Origin: a virus
Lineage: Duplodnaviria > Heunggongvirae > Uroviricota > Caudoviricetes
Virus record (IMG/VR): IMGVR_UViG_2671180360_000002
Strand: one strand, 5' to 3'
DNA: 23,431 nt
Shown: piece by piece, positions 1-8,808 of the stretch
Layout: every line of letters begins with the position of its first letter
Numbering within the stretch: the first letter of the stretch is position 1
Translations under genes and position numbers: made by a program
Notes under the pieces: model-generated
Databases searched by the model: none
What the model was told of the DNA's origin: nothing
Seen by the model: only the letters and a program-made list of their open reading frames with translations

Positions 1-131
1 CGTCATAGCCGACTGGCCGATAAACCGGGTCGGCGAACTGCTCCCCTGGCGCGTAGCACTGCCGACTGAATAACACATCCCCGTCAATACGGTTCTTGCT
101 GCACGCTTACGGTTTTTGTGAAGCTGTCGGG

Positions 132-401
132 CTATTTCATCCCGCCAATATTTTCCCACCTCCCGTCAGCACGCAGAATTTGCAGCGGTCTTACCACGCA
201 CTGTATCTGCTTTTTATCCGCATCCAGTATCACCACCTGCGTGATTACCCTGTCCTGCTCCGGGATAATGCCATTCTCATCGGACTCCAGAATGTCTGCC
301 GGTCCCAGTCGCAGCTGTGCTGTAAGTAACTCCCCGTTTTCACGGTCATCATGCTTTCCGCAACCGCACAGACGCTGCATAAGTTTTTTTAGTATGTTCA
401 T
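132..401 (-). CDS. Hypothetical 89-aa protein coupled to the end of the side tail fibre gene
   Basis: ATG at 401-399 is preceded by AGGAGA with a 5-nt spacer, and lies 1 nt after the stf stop (TGA 405-403). The ORF ends at TAG 134-132. Translation MNILKKLMQRLCGCGKHDD... has no match I recognise. It sits where a tail fibre assembly gene would be expected but does not resemble lambda Tfa. Confidence 0.45.
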   Translation of the reverse strand: MNILKKLMQRLCGCGKHDDRENGELLTAQLRLGPADILESDENGIIPEQDRVITQVVILDADKKQIQCVVRPLQILRADGRWENIGGMK

Positions 402-402
402 G

Positions 403-1716
403 TCATTCTCCTGTTCTGCCTGTATCACTGCCCACTTCATCCAGCCCCTTAACATCCTGCCACGGCCCGTCACCAAACCTGACCTGCAAATGCCGAAAAA
501 AACCCTGAACCCGTGTGGTATCTTTGGGGTCAAGAAAGGTCAGTCCGGTGATGAGTGCGCCATCTGTATCCGGGAACCAGCCATGGCTGTTTGTCTCAAT
601 AATGTTTCCCGGCCCCAGACGGAACCGTATTTGCGTCTCCCCCGGGTCGCCCTTCGGCCCCTGAGGTCCGGTTGCCCCCACCGGGCCAGCCGCACCTGTT
701 TCTCCTTTCGGTCCCTGTGGGCCAGCCGGGCCTGCCGCACCGGTATCTCCCTTTGGACCCTGTGGACCTGCATTTCCCGTCAGACCGGTCTCTCCCCGCT
801 CTCCCCTGTCGCCTTTCGGTCCCTGTGGTCCTGCCGGACCAGCATCACCTGCCGGTCCCCGTTCGCCGGTTGCCCCGACAGGGCCGGTGTCACCACGCTC
901 TCCCTTATCCCCCTTCGGCCCCTGAGGGCCAGCGGGCCCCTGTTCCCCCTTTGGCCCGGGAGGTCCCACCACGGTGGGGATTCGGTTTACGGCGTCTTCC
1001 GCCGCTATCCTGCTTTGTTCCGCTGACTGTGCGCTTTCTGCTGACTCCCGGGCTTTTTCTGCTGCGGTCGTTGCATCCCTGGCTGCATTACCGGCTGCAC
1101 TTTCTGCCGTCTTTCTTGACAATTCAGCATCTGCTGCACTTTGTGATGACTCACTGGCTTTTTGAGCGGCCGCAGAAGCCGAGGACGAGGACGCATCCTC
1201 TGACTGCTTTGCTGAGGCTGCACTTTCTGCCGCCTGCCGGGCTGACTCCGATGCCTCCCCTGCTGAAGTGTCAGCATTTGCCGCGCTCTCTTCTGCCTGA
1301 CTGGCTGATATGCCGGCATTCCTCGCTGACGTCTCCGCCTCTCCGGCATTCTTCTTCGCCTCCTCTGCGTTACGCACCACCTCTTCCACCATCAGTTCAA
1401 AACGGCGCAGTGCCTCAGGACGGGCATCATCCTCCGTCATGGCACCGAGAAAATCATTCAGCGTACCGGGTCGGGAATCTTCATACACGGTGATGGTCCC
1501 GGCATGTGAAGGCGGAAAACCTTCAACCAGCAGGGTGACGCTGTACTGACCATGCTCAACATCCATGCTGTAACGTCCGGCTTCATCCGGATTTTCAGAG
1601 GCCACCGTGTTCACCACCACCGTGCTGCTGGTTCGTCTGGCCTTCAGCACAATGGTGCAGTTCTGTACTGGTTTTCCTGTGCCATCTTTAAGCACGCCAG
1701 AAATTTTTACTGTCAT
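403..1716 (-). CDS. stf: Side tail fibre protein (Stf-like) with a collagen-like Gly-X-Y repeat domain
   Basis: The N-terminus [22 protein letters not shown]... closely matches the lambda Stf N-terminus as recalled. An Ala/Ser/Glu-rich low-complexity segment is followed by about 37 uninterrupted G-X-Y triplets (residues about 251-360, nt about 637-966) and a short C-terminal domain. ATG at 1716-1714. Position downstream of lom matches lambda. Confidence 0.8.
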   Translation of the reverse strand: MTVKISGVLKDGTGKPVQNCTIVLKARRTSSTVVVNTVASENPDEAGRYSMDVEHGQYSVTLLVEGFPPSHAGTITVYEDSRPGTLNDFLGAMTEDDARPEALRRFELMVEEVVRNAEEAKKNAGEAETSARNAGISASQAEESAANADTSAGEASESARQAAESAASAKQSEDASSSSASAAAQKASESSQSAADAELSRKTAESAAGNAARDATTAAEKARESAESAQSAEQSRIAAEDAVNRIPTVVGPPGPKGEQGPAGPQGPKGDKGERGDTGPVGATGERGPAGDAGPAGPQGPKGDRGERGETGLTGNAGPQGPKGDTGAAGPAGPQGPKGETGAAGPVGATGPQGPKGDPGETQIRFRLGPGNIIETNSHGWFPDTDGALITGLTFLDPKDTTRVQGFFRHLQVRFGDGPWQDVKGLDEVGSDTGRTGE

Positions 1717-1728
1717 ACTTTTCCACCA

Positions 1729-1762
1729 ATAAAAAAAGCCCGCAGCAGTGACGCCACGGGCT
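1729..1762 (-). terminator. Putative rho-independent terminator between lom and stf
   Basis: On the minus strand a hairpin AGCCCG...CGGGCT (1737-1742 pairing with 1757-1762) is followed by a T-run (plus-strand A-run 1729-1737). The loop is long (14 nt), so strength is uncertain. Confidence 0.4.
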
Positions 1763-1867
1763 TCAGGACAGTGTAACTTTACGTTTCCTCAAACGCAGTT
1801 CACCCCATAAGGTGGATGAACCTGCGTATCATAACAATATTTACAGAAGATAAATCGGCGTCTGTTG

Positions 1868-2467
1868 TCAGAAACGGTATCCGATACCAACAATAAATGC
1901 ATCCGTTCGCCAGTCGCCACTACCGGAACCTTCATAAGCAAGGTCAATGGTCACGGATTCGGTCGGGTTAAACTGCACGCCAGCCCCCCACGCCAGAGAC
2001 GTGTTGCTGTGGCGACCGTCATCACTTCCGGTCAGCACATCGTGCGTTTTCCCCTTGTTGTCAGTTACGCGGAGATAATCCCCGGAGAAAGTCGACACAC
2101 GGCTGTAAGCCACACCCACCATCGCATACGCGCTGAACCATTCATTCACGCGCACAGACGGCCCCGCCATCACGCTGAACCAGCGGTTACGCACGGAATC
2201 TTCATGCCAGCGGGTATCGCTGTAGTGCGTTTTTTGCTCATCCTCAGCATTGGCATAACTGAAGGACGTAATCAGCCCCAGCGCGTCCGTAAACTCATAA
2301 CGGTATTTCACGTTAATCCCGTTCAGATTATCGCTGCCGGGAGCGTTCGTACGGGCATGAAGATACCCCGCGCTCAGTGTGGACTGATGTTCAGACGCCC
2401 ATGCAGGCGCACCGGATACGGACAGACAGATGGCTGCGGACAAAATGGCTGCACAAACTTTACGCAT
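1868..2467 (-). CDS. lom: Lom outer-membrane protein (Ail/Lom family)
   Basis: The 199-aa translation MRKVCAAILSAAICLSVSGAPAWASEHQSTLSAGYLHARTNAPGSDNLNGINVKYRYEFTD... is near-identical to lambda Lom as recalled, with an N-terminal signal peptide. ATG at 2467-2465. Position immediately downstream of J matches lambda. Confidence 0.93.
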   Translation of the reverse strand: MRKVCAAILSAAICLSVSGAPAWASEHQSTLSAGYLHARTNAPGSDNLNGINVKYRYEFTDALGLITSFSYANAEDEQKTHYSDTRWHEDSVRNRWFSVMAGPSVRVNEWFSAYAMVGVAYSRVSTFSGDYLRVTDNKGKTHDVLTGSDDGRHSNTSLAWGAGVQFNPTESVTIDLAYEGSGSGDWRTDAFIVGIGYRF

Positions 2468-2488
2468 AATTACCTCTCGCTTTTCTGC

Positions 2489-2516
2489 AATAAAAAAGGC
2501 GCCATTTCTGGCGCCC
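2489..2516 (-). terminator. Putative rho-independent terminator downstream of J
   Basis: On the minus strand a GC-rich hairpin GGCGCC-agaaat-GGCGCC (2498-2515) is followed by TTTTTTATT (plus-strand A-run 2491-2497). It lies between the J stop (2535) and the lom start (2467). Confidence 0.55.
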
Positions 2517-2534
2517 GTATATGGGTTATAAAAT

Positions 2535-5500
2535 TCAGCTGATACTGATGCCTGCGGTGGCTTTCTTCATCACCACAACCAGCAAATCGCTGATACTTGC
2601 TGTGGGATACCAGTTATTTACCAGCCATGCTGACACCGAAAACTCCAGCGTCATGTGACCGTGACCGGCAGGCATATCAATAACACCACTGTAAATCAGC
2701 GTATTATCCAGCGCGGTACGGTTATAAATTTCAGCACCGTTTTTCCGCACTATCAGACGGCATGAGGAGTAAATATCAGTATGCCCTCTCTCATGTTTAG
2801 CGCCGCTGAATGCCACCGCCGGAATAACAATTTGCCGGTCAAACGGCTGATCGTCATAAACCCTGACGGTAATGGTCCCTGATGGCCACCGCTCCGGTGC
2901 ACGGGAGTCCCGGGGGAAAGCTTTGCCCACTGTTTTAACGAGATCGCCTTCAATCTGGTTGGCGGACAGTTTTCCCAGAACCCGACAGTTTTCGTTAATC
3001 GTGACGTTGTTGAGCGTCCCGGAGTTCGCATTCACGTTACCGCTGATATCGGCATTTTTCGCCGTCAGCCGCCCGTCCGGTGTCAGGGAAAATGCCGGAG
3101 GATTACCGCCGCTGGTAATGGTGGGAGCCGTCAGGTATTTCAGGAACACTTCGTTCATGAATATCTGATCGCCCTGACCAACAAACATCGGCTTTGTGTT
3201 GCCATTCGCAGGATTAATCATCGCAATCCGGTCAGCAGCCAGAAGCACCTGACTCTGCATACCTGCTGGCGTATTCTCAATACCGGCTCCGATACCCGCA
3301 ATATAAAGGCGTCCGTCCTGCATCTGCTGCAGTTTCACGGCCCACATGCTGTTCAGGTTATTATTTGTATCAACCTGAACTTTCTGTATCTGCTGGATTG
3401 CCGCACTCTGGTCTTCCAGTTTTTTATTGACGGTCTGCGTGATTTCATTGCTGACATTCGTAATGGACGTCCTGATTTCAGCCAGGTCCGGCGCAAGCTG
3501 ACCGTTATCAATCTGCGTCCACAGCTCCTGGGCCAGATGTGTTTTCCCGATTTCTCCTTTGAAAAAATCCAGGTAACCTTCCGCATCATCGCTCGCCCGA
3601 CCGACAGCCTCCACGAATGCCGATTTGCCAACGGTGTTCACACTGCGAACGTAAAAATAATAATCATGGCCCGGTTTGATATTGATACTGGCGGCTATCC
3701 AGTACAGCGCCGTACCAAGATAACGCGCGCTGGTTTCAACCTGCCTGATATCAGCAATCCGTTTTTCCGAGAACCAGAACTCAAACTGTACCGTCGGATC
3801 ATAAACCGCAAAATGCGGCGTGGCGGTTATCTGAAAATAGCCCGGCGTCAGCTCAATCCGCGACGGTGCTGCCGGTGCGGCAATCCGGAACGATACCGAT
3901 GCCGGATCGCCCTGCTGTCCCCACGCATTTACCGCCCGGACTGTCAGCCTGTAATTTCCCAGCGCCAGTTGCGTGAAGCGGTATGTAGTTTCCGTCGTCC
4001 TGGCCGTGCTGACCAGCCGCTCACTGCCATCGTCCGCTGCCACGGTCAGGCGAAGCAGGAAGCTCACGCCCTTCACCACCTTCGGCGTGTCCCAGCGCGC
4101 CAGCACCTGATATTCCCCACTGTCTGCGGTGACTTCTGCGGTCAGGTGCTGCACCGCTGGCGGCGTGACACCATTCACCGTGCCGCTCTGGTCGCCGTCA
4201 AAGTGCGCCCCGTTATCCACGATGGCCTCTTTTTCCGGTACATGCTGCACGGCGGTGATGGCATACGTGCCGTCGTCGTTCTCACGGATACTCACGCAGC
4301 GGAACAGGCGCTGGCGCAGCATCGGCAGCTTCAGCCCCCATACACTGTATCCGGCAACGCCGTCAGGAACACGGCTCACTTTTACCTTCACGCCATCAGT
4401 GACGGACTGAACCTCCACGCTGACCGGATTGCCACTTCCGTCAACCAGGCTTATCAGCGTGGTGCCGGAAGATGGCAGCGTGATTTCACGGTCGAGCGTC
4501 AGCGTCCGGGTCTGGCTGTTCACCGCCAGCACGCGCCCGCCGGTGCTGATACCGGCATAGTCATCATCACAGATTTCAATGACATCGCCCGGTACATGGC
4601 GAAGCCCTTCTGCACCCACGCTGAAGTCCACGGTCTGCGTTTCCAGCAGTTCCGTTTTAATCAGCCACAGCCCGGCGCGGTGCACCTGCCCCCGGCTGGT
4701 ACAGCCAAAGGCATCCATCTTCGTGACGTGACGACCGTAACGGGCAATGGCCTGCGTATCCTCCACAAGCTCTGTCGCCGTCTCCCAGCCGTTGTTCGGG
4801 TCAATCCAGTTCACCTCAACGGCATTATGGCGGTCCTTCAGGGCGCTGAAGCTGTAGCGGAACGGCGCGCCATCATCCGGCATCACCACATTACTGCGGT
4901 TATAGGTCCACACCTTATCTGATGGTCGGTCCTGCACGAACGTCAGCGTCTGCCCGTTCCATACCGGCATACAGCGCATCGCCGAGCAGAAATCACTGAG
5001 CACATCCCACGCCTTGCGCTGTGTGGTCAGGTACGCATTACAGGTAATGCGCGGCTCCGTGCCGCCAAAGCCATCCGGCACTGACTGGTCGCAGTACTGG
5101 CCGATGACATACAGCGCCCATTTGTCCACATCCGCCGCACCAAGACGTTTCCCCATGCCGTAGCGTGGATGGGTCAGCATATCCCACAGACACCAGGCCA
5201 TGTTGTTGCTGTATGCCGGTTTAAACGTTCCGTCCCAGATACCGCTGTATTGCCGCGTCTGCGGGTTATAATTCGACGGCACCTGCAGAATACGCCCGCG
5301 CAGATGATAATTACGGCTCACCTGCTGGCTGCCGAACTGCTCCGAGTCCACCTGCACGCCGACCAGTGCCGTGTTCGGGTAGCCCTGTTTCACATCGATG
5401 ATTTCGGTGTATGACGACCAGAGCGTTTTGTTCTGCAGCTGGTCTGTGGTGCTGTCCGGCGTCATTCTGCGCATCCGGATATTAAACGGGCGCGGCGGCA

Positions 5501-6014
5501 GGTTATCCACCACCACCGAGGCCAGATACTGCGAGGTGGTTTTGCCCTTAATGGTGATGTCTTTTTCCGTCACCCAGCCACCATTACGCTGTATCTGAAC
5601 CAGCAGGCGGACTTCCGACGGATTCCGGTCCCCCTTTGAGGTGGTTTCCACCAGTGCCTGCACACCGAAGGTAAAGCGCAGACGGTCGATGTTTGCCGAC
5701 GTGATGGTCCGGGTGATCGGCGTGTCATATTTCACTTCCGTACCCAGCACCGTCTCGGAGCCGGAGGATTCAAATCCCTCCGGCGGTGTCTGCTCCTGCT
5801 CACCTGCCCGGAACACCACCGTGACACCGGATATATTGGTATTCCCCTCACTGTCCAGCACCGGCGTACTGTTCAGCAGCACGCTTTTTAATCCGTCCAC
5901 CGGACCTTCAACCGGCCCTTCGCTGATGGCATCGATCACACTCAGCAGCTGCGTGGACTTCAGGTTGTCCCTCGCTTCGCGCGGGGTATGCCCCTTACTG
6001 CTTCCTTTACCCAT
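2535..6014 (-). CDS. J: Tail tip / central tail fibre host-specificity protein J
   Basis: The 1159-aa ORF begins [54 protein letters not shown]..., matching the lambda gpJ N-terminus as recalled, with long collinear similarity. ATG at 6014-6012. Position after I and before lom matches lambda. Confidence 0.95.
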   Translation of the reverse strand: MGKGSSKGHTPREARDNLKSTQLLSVIDAISEGPVEGPVDGLKSVLLNSTPVLDSEGNTNISGVTVVFRAGEQEQTPPEGFESSGSETVLGTEVKYDTPITRTITSANIDRLRFTFGVQALVETTSKGDRNPSEVRLLVQIQRNGGWVTEKDITIKGKTTSQYLASVVVDNLPPRPFNIRMRRMTPDSTTDQLQNKTLWSSYTEIIDVKQGYPNTALVGVQVDSEQFGSQQVSRNYHLRGRILQVPSNYNPQTRQYSGIWDGTFKPAYSNNMAWCLWDMLTHPRYGMGKRLGAADVDKWALYVIGQYCDQSVPDGFGGTEPRITCNAYLTTQRKAWDVLSDFCSAMRCMPVWNGQTLTFVQDRPSDKVWTYNRSNVVMPDDGAPFRYSFSALKDRHNAVEVNWIDPNNGWETATELVEDTQAIARYGRHVTKMDAFGCTSRGQVHRAGLWLIKTELLETQTVDFSVGAEGLRHVPGDVIEICDDDYAGISTGGRVLAVNSQTRTLTLDREITLPSSGTTLISLVDGSGNPVSVEVQSVTDGVKVKVSRVPDGVAGYSVWGLKLPMLRQRLFRCVSIRENDDGTYAITAVQHVPEKEAIVDNGAHFDGDQSGTVNGVTPPAVQHLTAEVTADSGEYQVLARWDTPKVVKGVSFLLRLTVAADDGSERLVSTARTTETTYRFTQLALGNYRLTVRAVNAWGQQGDPASVSFRIAAPAAPSRIELTPGYFQITATPHFAVYDPTVQFEFWFSEKRIADIRQVETSARYLGTALYWIAASINIKPGHDYYFYVRSVNTVGKSAFVEAVGRASDDAEGYLDFFKGEIGKTHLAQELWTQIDNGQLAPDLAEIRTSITNVSNEITQTVNKKLEDQSAAIQQIQKVQVDTNNNLNSMWAVKLQQMQDGRLYIAGIGAGIENTPAGMQSQVLLAADRIAMINPANGNTKPMFVGQGDQIFMNEVFLKYLTAPTITSGGNPPAFSLTPDGRLTAKNADISGNVNANSGTLNNVTINENCRVLGKLSANQIEGDLVKTVGKAFPRDSRAPERWPSGTITVRVYDDQPFDRQIVIPAVAFSGAKHERGHTDIYSSCRLIVRKNGAEIYNRTALDNTLIYSGVIDMPAGHGHMTLEFSVSAWLVNNWYPTASISDLLVVVMKKATAGISIS

Positions 6015-6026
6015 TCCTCACACTCC

Positions 6027-6056
6027 ATAAACAACAAAGCCGCCCAAAAGGCGGCT
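6027..6056 (-). terminator. Putative terminator after the lipoprotein moron
   Basis: On the minus strand a hairpin AGCCGCC-ttttg-GGCGGCT (6038-6056) is followed by the T-rich run TTGTTGTTTAT. It lies between the lipoprotein stop (6081) and the J start (6014). Confidence 0.4.
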
Positions 6057-6080
6057 CATGAGTTACGACAGGATTAACTA

Positions 6081-6419
6081 TTATTTACATGCATTAACAC
6101 TATCAGCAAAAATTTTTGGCGTTAATGCTGGTACACGTTCATAAAGAGTAAAACTACTGCCATTTCCTGCTTTTTTGATATCAAGCACAACATCATATCC
6201 CCCCATAGCCTGTGGAACTAAAAGGCTTACCCCATTCTCAATAGGAAGGGATGTTATAGGTGTTCCATTACCAGCCCATTGTCTGGATATGCAGCCTGAC
6301 AATTCATCAATATTTTTTAATGAATTACCTTCCATTACAGGTTTTCCGGATTTTACGTAATCCAAAGATTTACATCCTGTTAAGGCAATAATCGTGCAGA
6401 ATAAAATCGTTTTGTTCAT
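6081..6419 (-). CDS. Putative lipoprotein moron inserted between tail genes I and J
   Basis: ATG at 6419-6417 gives MNKTILFCTIIALTGCKSLDYV..., a classic lipoprotein signal peptide with lipobox LTGC. The mature protein is about 96 aa with two further Cys. The locus is visibly AT-rich compared with the flanking genes (judged by eye). Lambda has only about 60 nt between I and J. The six-frame track start (6431) is a TTG; the in-frame ATG is preferred. Confidence 0.6.
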   Translation of the reverse strand: MNKTILFCTIIALTGCKSLDYVKSGKPVMEGNSLKNIDELSGCISRQWAGNGTPITSLPIENGVSLLVPQAMGGYDVVLDIKKAGNGSSFTLYERVPALTPKIFADSVNACK

Positions 6420-6458
6420 ATAGCTAACCAATAGAATAATTATCAGTGTTCGATATAA

Positions 6459-6486
6459 ATATTAAATCAGTTAGAACATGAGTAAA
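6459..6486 (-). promoter_or_regulatory. Candidate sigma70-type promoter for the lipoprotein moron
   Basis: On the minus strand TTTACT (6486-6481), a 16-nt spacer, then TAATAT (6464-6459), about 40 nt upstream of the lipoprotein ATG. Judged by eye only. Confidence 0.25.
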
Positions 6487-6492
6487 ATAATA

Positions 6493-7134
6493 TTACCGCC
6501 CAATTACCACAACCTGACCACCATCCCCTTCATCTGCCGTGCTGATCTCCTGAGATGCCACACGTGACCCCACGCGCATTTCACCGTACAGAACAGGCAG
6601 GACATTGCCCTGGGCAACCATGTTATCCAGTGAGGAGAAATAGGTGTTCTGTTTGCCGTTATCCGTTGTCTGTGTACGGGGAGTTCTGGCTTTCGGTGCC
6701 AGCATCTGCGCCACACCACCAAGCGTCATCGCCGCACCCATTGAAAAGAGAATGTCACTGAAAGCGATACTGATCCCCGGCATCCAGATTGCCGTAGCAA
6801 TCAACGCCGCACCCAGCACCGCCTGAAACACACCGCCACTTTTTGCTCCCGCAAGACGCGGCACGATGTGGATCACGGCACCATTTGCCAGCGGCTCATT
6901 AAGACGGGATGATAATTCGGTTTCTCCTGCATCCCGCCCGGCAATCCGTACCTGATACCAGCCATCGCTCAGTTTCTGACGAAACGCCGGGAGCTGTGTG
7001 GCCAGTGCCCGGATGGCTTCAGCCCCCGTTTTCACACGAAGGTCGATGCGGCGGCCAAATCGTTGCAAATCCCCGTAAAGGCAGATGCGTGCCATGCCCG
7101 GTGACGCCAGAGGGAGTGTGTGCGTCGCTGCCAT
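6493..7134 (-). CDS. I: Tail tip assembly protein I
   Basis: The 213-aa translation MAATHTLPLASPGMARICLYGDLQRFGRRIDLRVKTGAEAIRALATQLPAFRQKLSDGWYQVRIAGRD... matches lambda gpI as recalled. ATG at 7134-7132. It overlaps the end of K by 103 nt, as in lambda. Confidence 0.93.
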   Translation of the reverse strand: MAATHTLPLASPGMARICLYGDLQRFGRRIDLRVKTGAEAIRALATQLPAFRQKLSDGWYQVRIAGRDAGETELSSRLNEPLANGAVIHIVPRLAGAKSGGVFQAVLGAALIATAIWMPGISIAFSDILFSMGAAMTLGGVAQMLAPKARTPRTQTTDNGKQNTYFSSLDNMVAQGNVLPVLYGEMRVGSRVASQEISTADEGDGGQVVVIGR

Positions 7135-7775
7135 TTGTCGGTATACCTCTCTCGTTTGCTCAGTTGTTCAGGAATATGGTGCAGCAGCTCGCCATCACCA
7201 CAGTAAATAGCGGCATGATTCGGCACCGATGAACCAAAGCAGCACAGCAGCACATCGCCCGGCTGCGCCGCTGACAACGGCACCTGATACAGCCCCGTTG
7301 CCTCCAGATTATCCAGATAGAGATTCTGACCGTGACGCCACCAGTCATCCTCACGATGAAAGTCCGGCATCTCAATCCCCGCCAGATGGTAAGCATCCCG
7401 GAACAGTGTGTAACAGTCCGTCACCCCGTACTCAAAGCGCCGCCCGGTGAGATGCGGCACACAGCGGAACTTGTGAATCGCCCCCCGGCAGACCAGCCAC
7501 CACGGCAAATCGCTCTGCACCTGTAGCCGCCGGTCAGCCTCACTCAGCCAGGGCAGACCACCGGGGTGGCTGTGGACCAGCGCCACAATCTCACCCTGCA
7601 TCTCTGCCTGCAGCCAGTCCTCCGGAGCCATCCGGAAATAATCCTCCGGCTCACCGGAAATATTCACGCCGGGAAAATATCTTTCCCCCTCCGGCGTTCT
7701 CACCACGAAGCCGCACGACTCCGCTGGCGCACATCGCCGGGCGTGCGCCAGAATCGCTGATTCTGTCTCTGTCAT
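7032..7775 (-). CDS. K: Tail tip assembly protein K (MPN/JAMM plus NlpC/P60 domains)
   Basis: ATG at 7775-7773, 5 nt after the L stop. A JAMM-like motif HSHPGGLPWLSEAD and an NlpC/P60-like Cys...His segment are present. Position between L and I matches lambda. The true start could be an internal Met. Confidence 0.88.
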   Translation of the reverse strand: MTETESAILAHARRCAPAESCGFVVRTPEGERYFPGVNISGEPEDYFRMAPEDWLQAEMQGEIVALVHSHPGGLPWLSEADRRLQVQSDLPWWLVCRGAIHKFRCVPHLTGRRFEYGVTDCYTLFRDAYHLAGIEMPDFHREDDWWRHGQNLYLDNLEATGLYQVPLSAAQPGDVLLCCFGSSVPNHAAIYCGDGELLHHIPEQLSKRERYTDKWQRRTHSLWRHRAWHASAFTGICNDLAAASTFV

Positions 7776-7780
7776 GGGAT

Positions 7781-8479
7781 TTACTGCGAAAGTTTGTTAA
7801 TGGAAAGGAAGCCGCCAAAGTTGCCGACGTTATTGCGAAACTTACAACCGCTCAGGCATTTGCTGCATTTATCCTTCGTGATATCGGACGTTGGCTGGTC
7901 ATATTCATCCGCGACCGCCGGACCGTGATAACCGCACTCATCGCCGCGATAGGTCCAGGTGCAGGTGTTGGCCAGCATGATACGTCCCGGAAAAACAGCG
8001 CCGTCCGTTTCCGTCGGCGTGGACAGTACAAAGGAGGCACTGACCGCGCTCAGTTCGCTGCACTGCTCGATGCGCCAGCGGCTGATCACCTCCTGCTCCG
8101 GATCGGCGTCGCTGTTTCCGTTGACGAAATTCACCGCATCCAGAAAACGGGCGTAAACCTTACGCCTGACCACCGTTCCGCCGACCAGACTCTGCATATC
8201 TTCCGCCATGCCGGTGACCATACCGTACAGGTTAGAAACCGTCAGCGTGGGGCGCGTACTGGTGCCTTTGCCATTCAGTTCAAAACCACTCCCCTGAATG
8301 GGATACGGCTGATACTGTCGCCCCTGCCAGGTGACCGGCTCACCTTTTTCGTTCTGCTCATTACAGAAAAAATAACGTTCTCCACCGACCTCTGTCAGGT
8401 CGATTTCCCAGAGCACCACGCTGGCAGACTGCTCCGCACGGGTGCATTCATTCAGTGTTTCCTGTCGGATATCCTGCAT
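7781..8479 (-). CDS. L: Minor tail protein L
   Basis: The 232-aa translation MQDIRQETLNECTRAEQSASVVLWEIDLTEVGGERYFFCNEQNEKGEPVTWQGRQYQPYPIQGSGFELNGKG... matches lambda gpL as recalled. Its ATG overlaps the M stop (TGATG). Confidence 0.95.
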   Translation of the reverse strand: MQDIRQETLNECTRAEQSASVVLWEIDLTEVGGERYFFCNEQNEKGEPVTWQGRQYQPYPIQGSGFELNGKGTSTRPTLTVSNLYGMVTGMAEDMQSLVGGTVVRRKVYARFLDAVNFVNGNSDADPEQEVISRWRIEQCSELSAVSASFVLSTPTETDGAVFPGRIMLANTCTWTYRGDECGYHGPAVADEYDQPTSDITKDKCSKCLSGCKFRNNVGNFGGFLSINKLSQ

Positions 8480-8808
8480 CAGTTCACCACCTGTTCAAAC
8501 TCTGCGCTGAACTCAACACGCAGCATACTGACCCGCGACGACCATTTTGCGCAGGTCACCTTTATCTGCCGGTAGCCATAAGGCGGCGTCCACAGAAAGG
8601 CCTTCCAGCCCCCGTGCTCAGCCAGAAACGACTCCAGCGCCGCGGCCTCCCAACGGGGAACAGAAAGCGTCACTCTGTACGTTTTCAGGTCAGTGTTCAG
8701 CCCGGCAGGCGCTCGCTGGGAATAGCCATCACCAAAGCGCACCTTTCTTACGGAAGGGGCAGAAGCCACATCCATACCGGGTTTCACTTTCCAGCGGAAG
8801 GTTTTCAT
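8479..8808 (-). CDS. M: Minor tail protein M
   Basis: The 109-aa translation MKTFRWKVKPGMDVASAPSVRKVRFGDGYSQRAPAGLNTDLKTYRVTLSVPRWEAAALESFLAEHGGWKAF... matches lambda gpM as recalled. Its ATG overlaps the H stop (ATGA). Confidence 0.95.
   Translation of the reverse strand: MKTFRWKVKPGMDVASAPSVRKVRFGDGYSQRAPAGLNTDLKTYRVTLSVPRWEAAALESFLAEHGGWKAFLWTPPYGYRQIKVTCAKWSSRVSMLRVEFSAEFEQVVN

Noticed and set aside
1-131. Open minus-strand frame running off the window start, and a hairpin GCCGAC...GTCGGC
   Set aside because: There is too little sequence to call a gene and no clear start or SD. The hairpin is short with a 15-nt loop and has no adjacent T-run.
118-1493. Plus-strand ORFs 118..1026 (302 aa) and 672..1493 (273 aa), Pro/Arg/Ser-rich
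   Set aside because: They are antisense to the Stf gene and are created by the GC-rich Gly-X-Y repeat. The translations are low-complexity and there is no independent start context.
1865-2542. Plus-strand ORF of 225 aa
   Set aside because: It is fully antisense to the well-supported lom gene and has no recognisable protein features.
3537-4922. Plus-strand ORF of 461 aa (and other plus-strand ORFs within 2535-6014)
   Set aside because: It is antisense to J. Its Arg/Cys/His-rich composition is typical of a spurious antisense frame in a GC-rich gene.
6420-6431. Track start at 6431 for the lipoprotein ORF (MVSY...)
   Set aside because: The codon at 6431-6429 is TTG. The in-frame ATG at 6419 gives a canonical lipoprotein signal peptide, so it is the preferred start.
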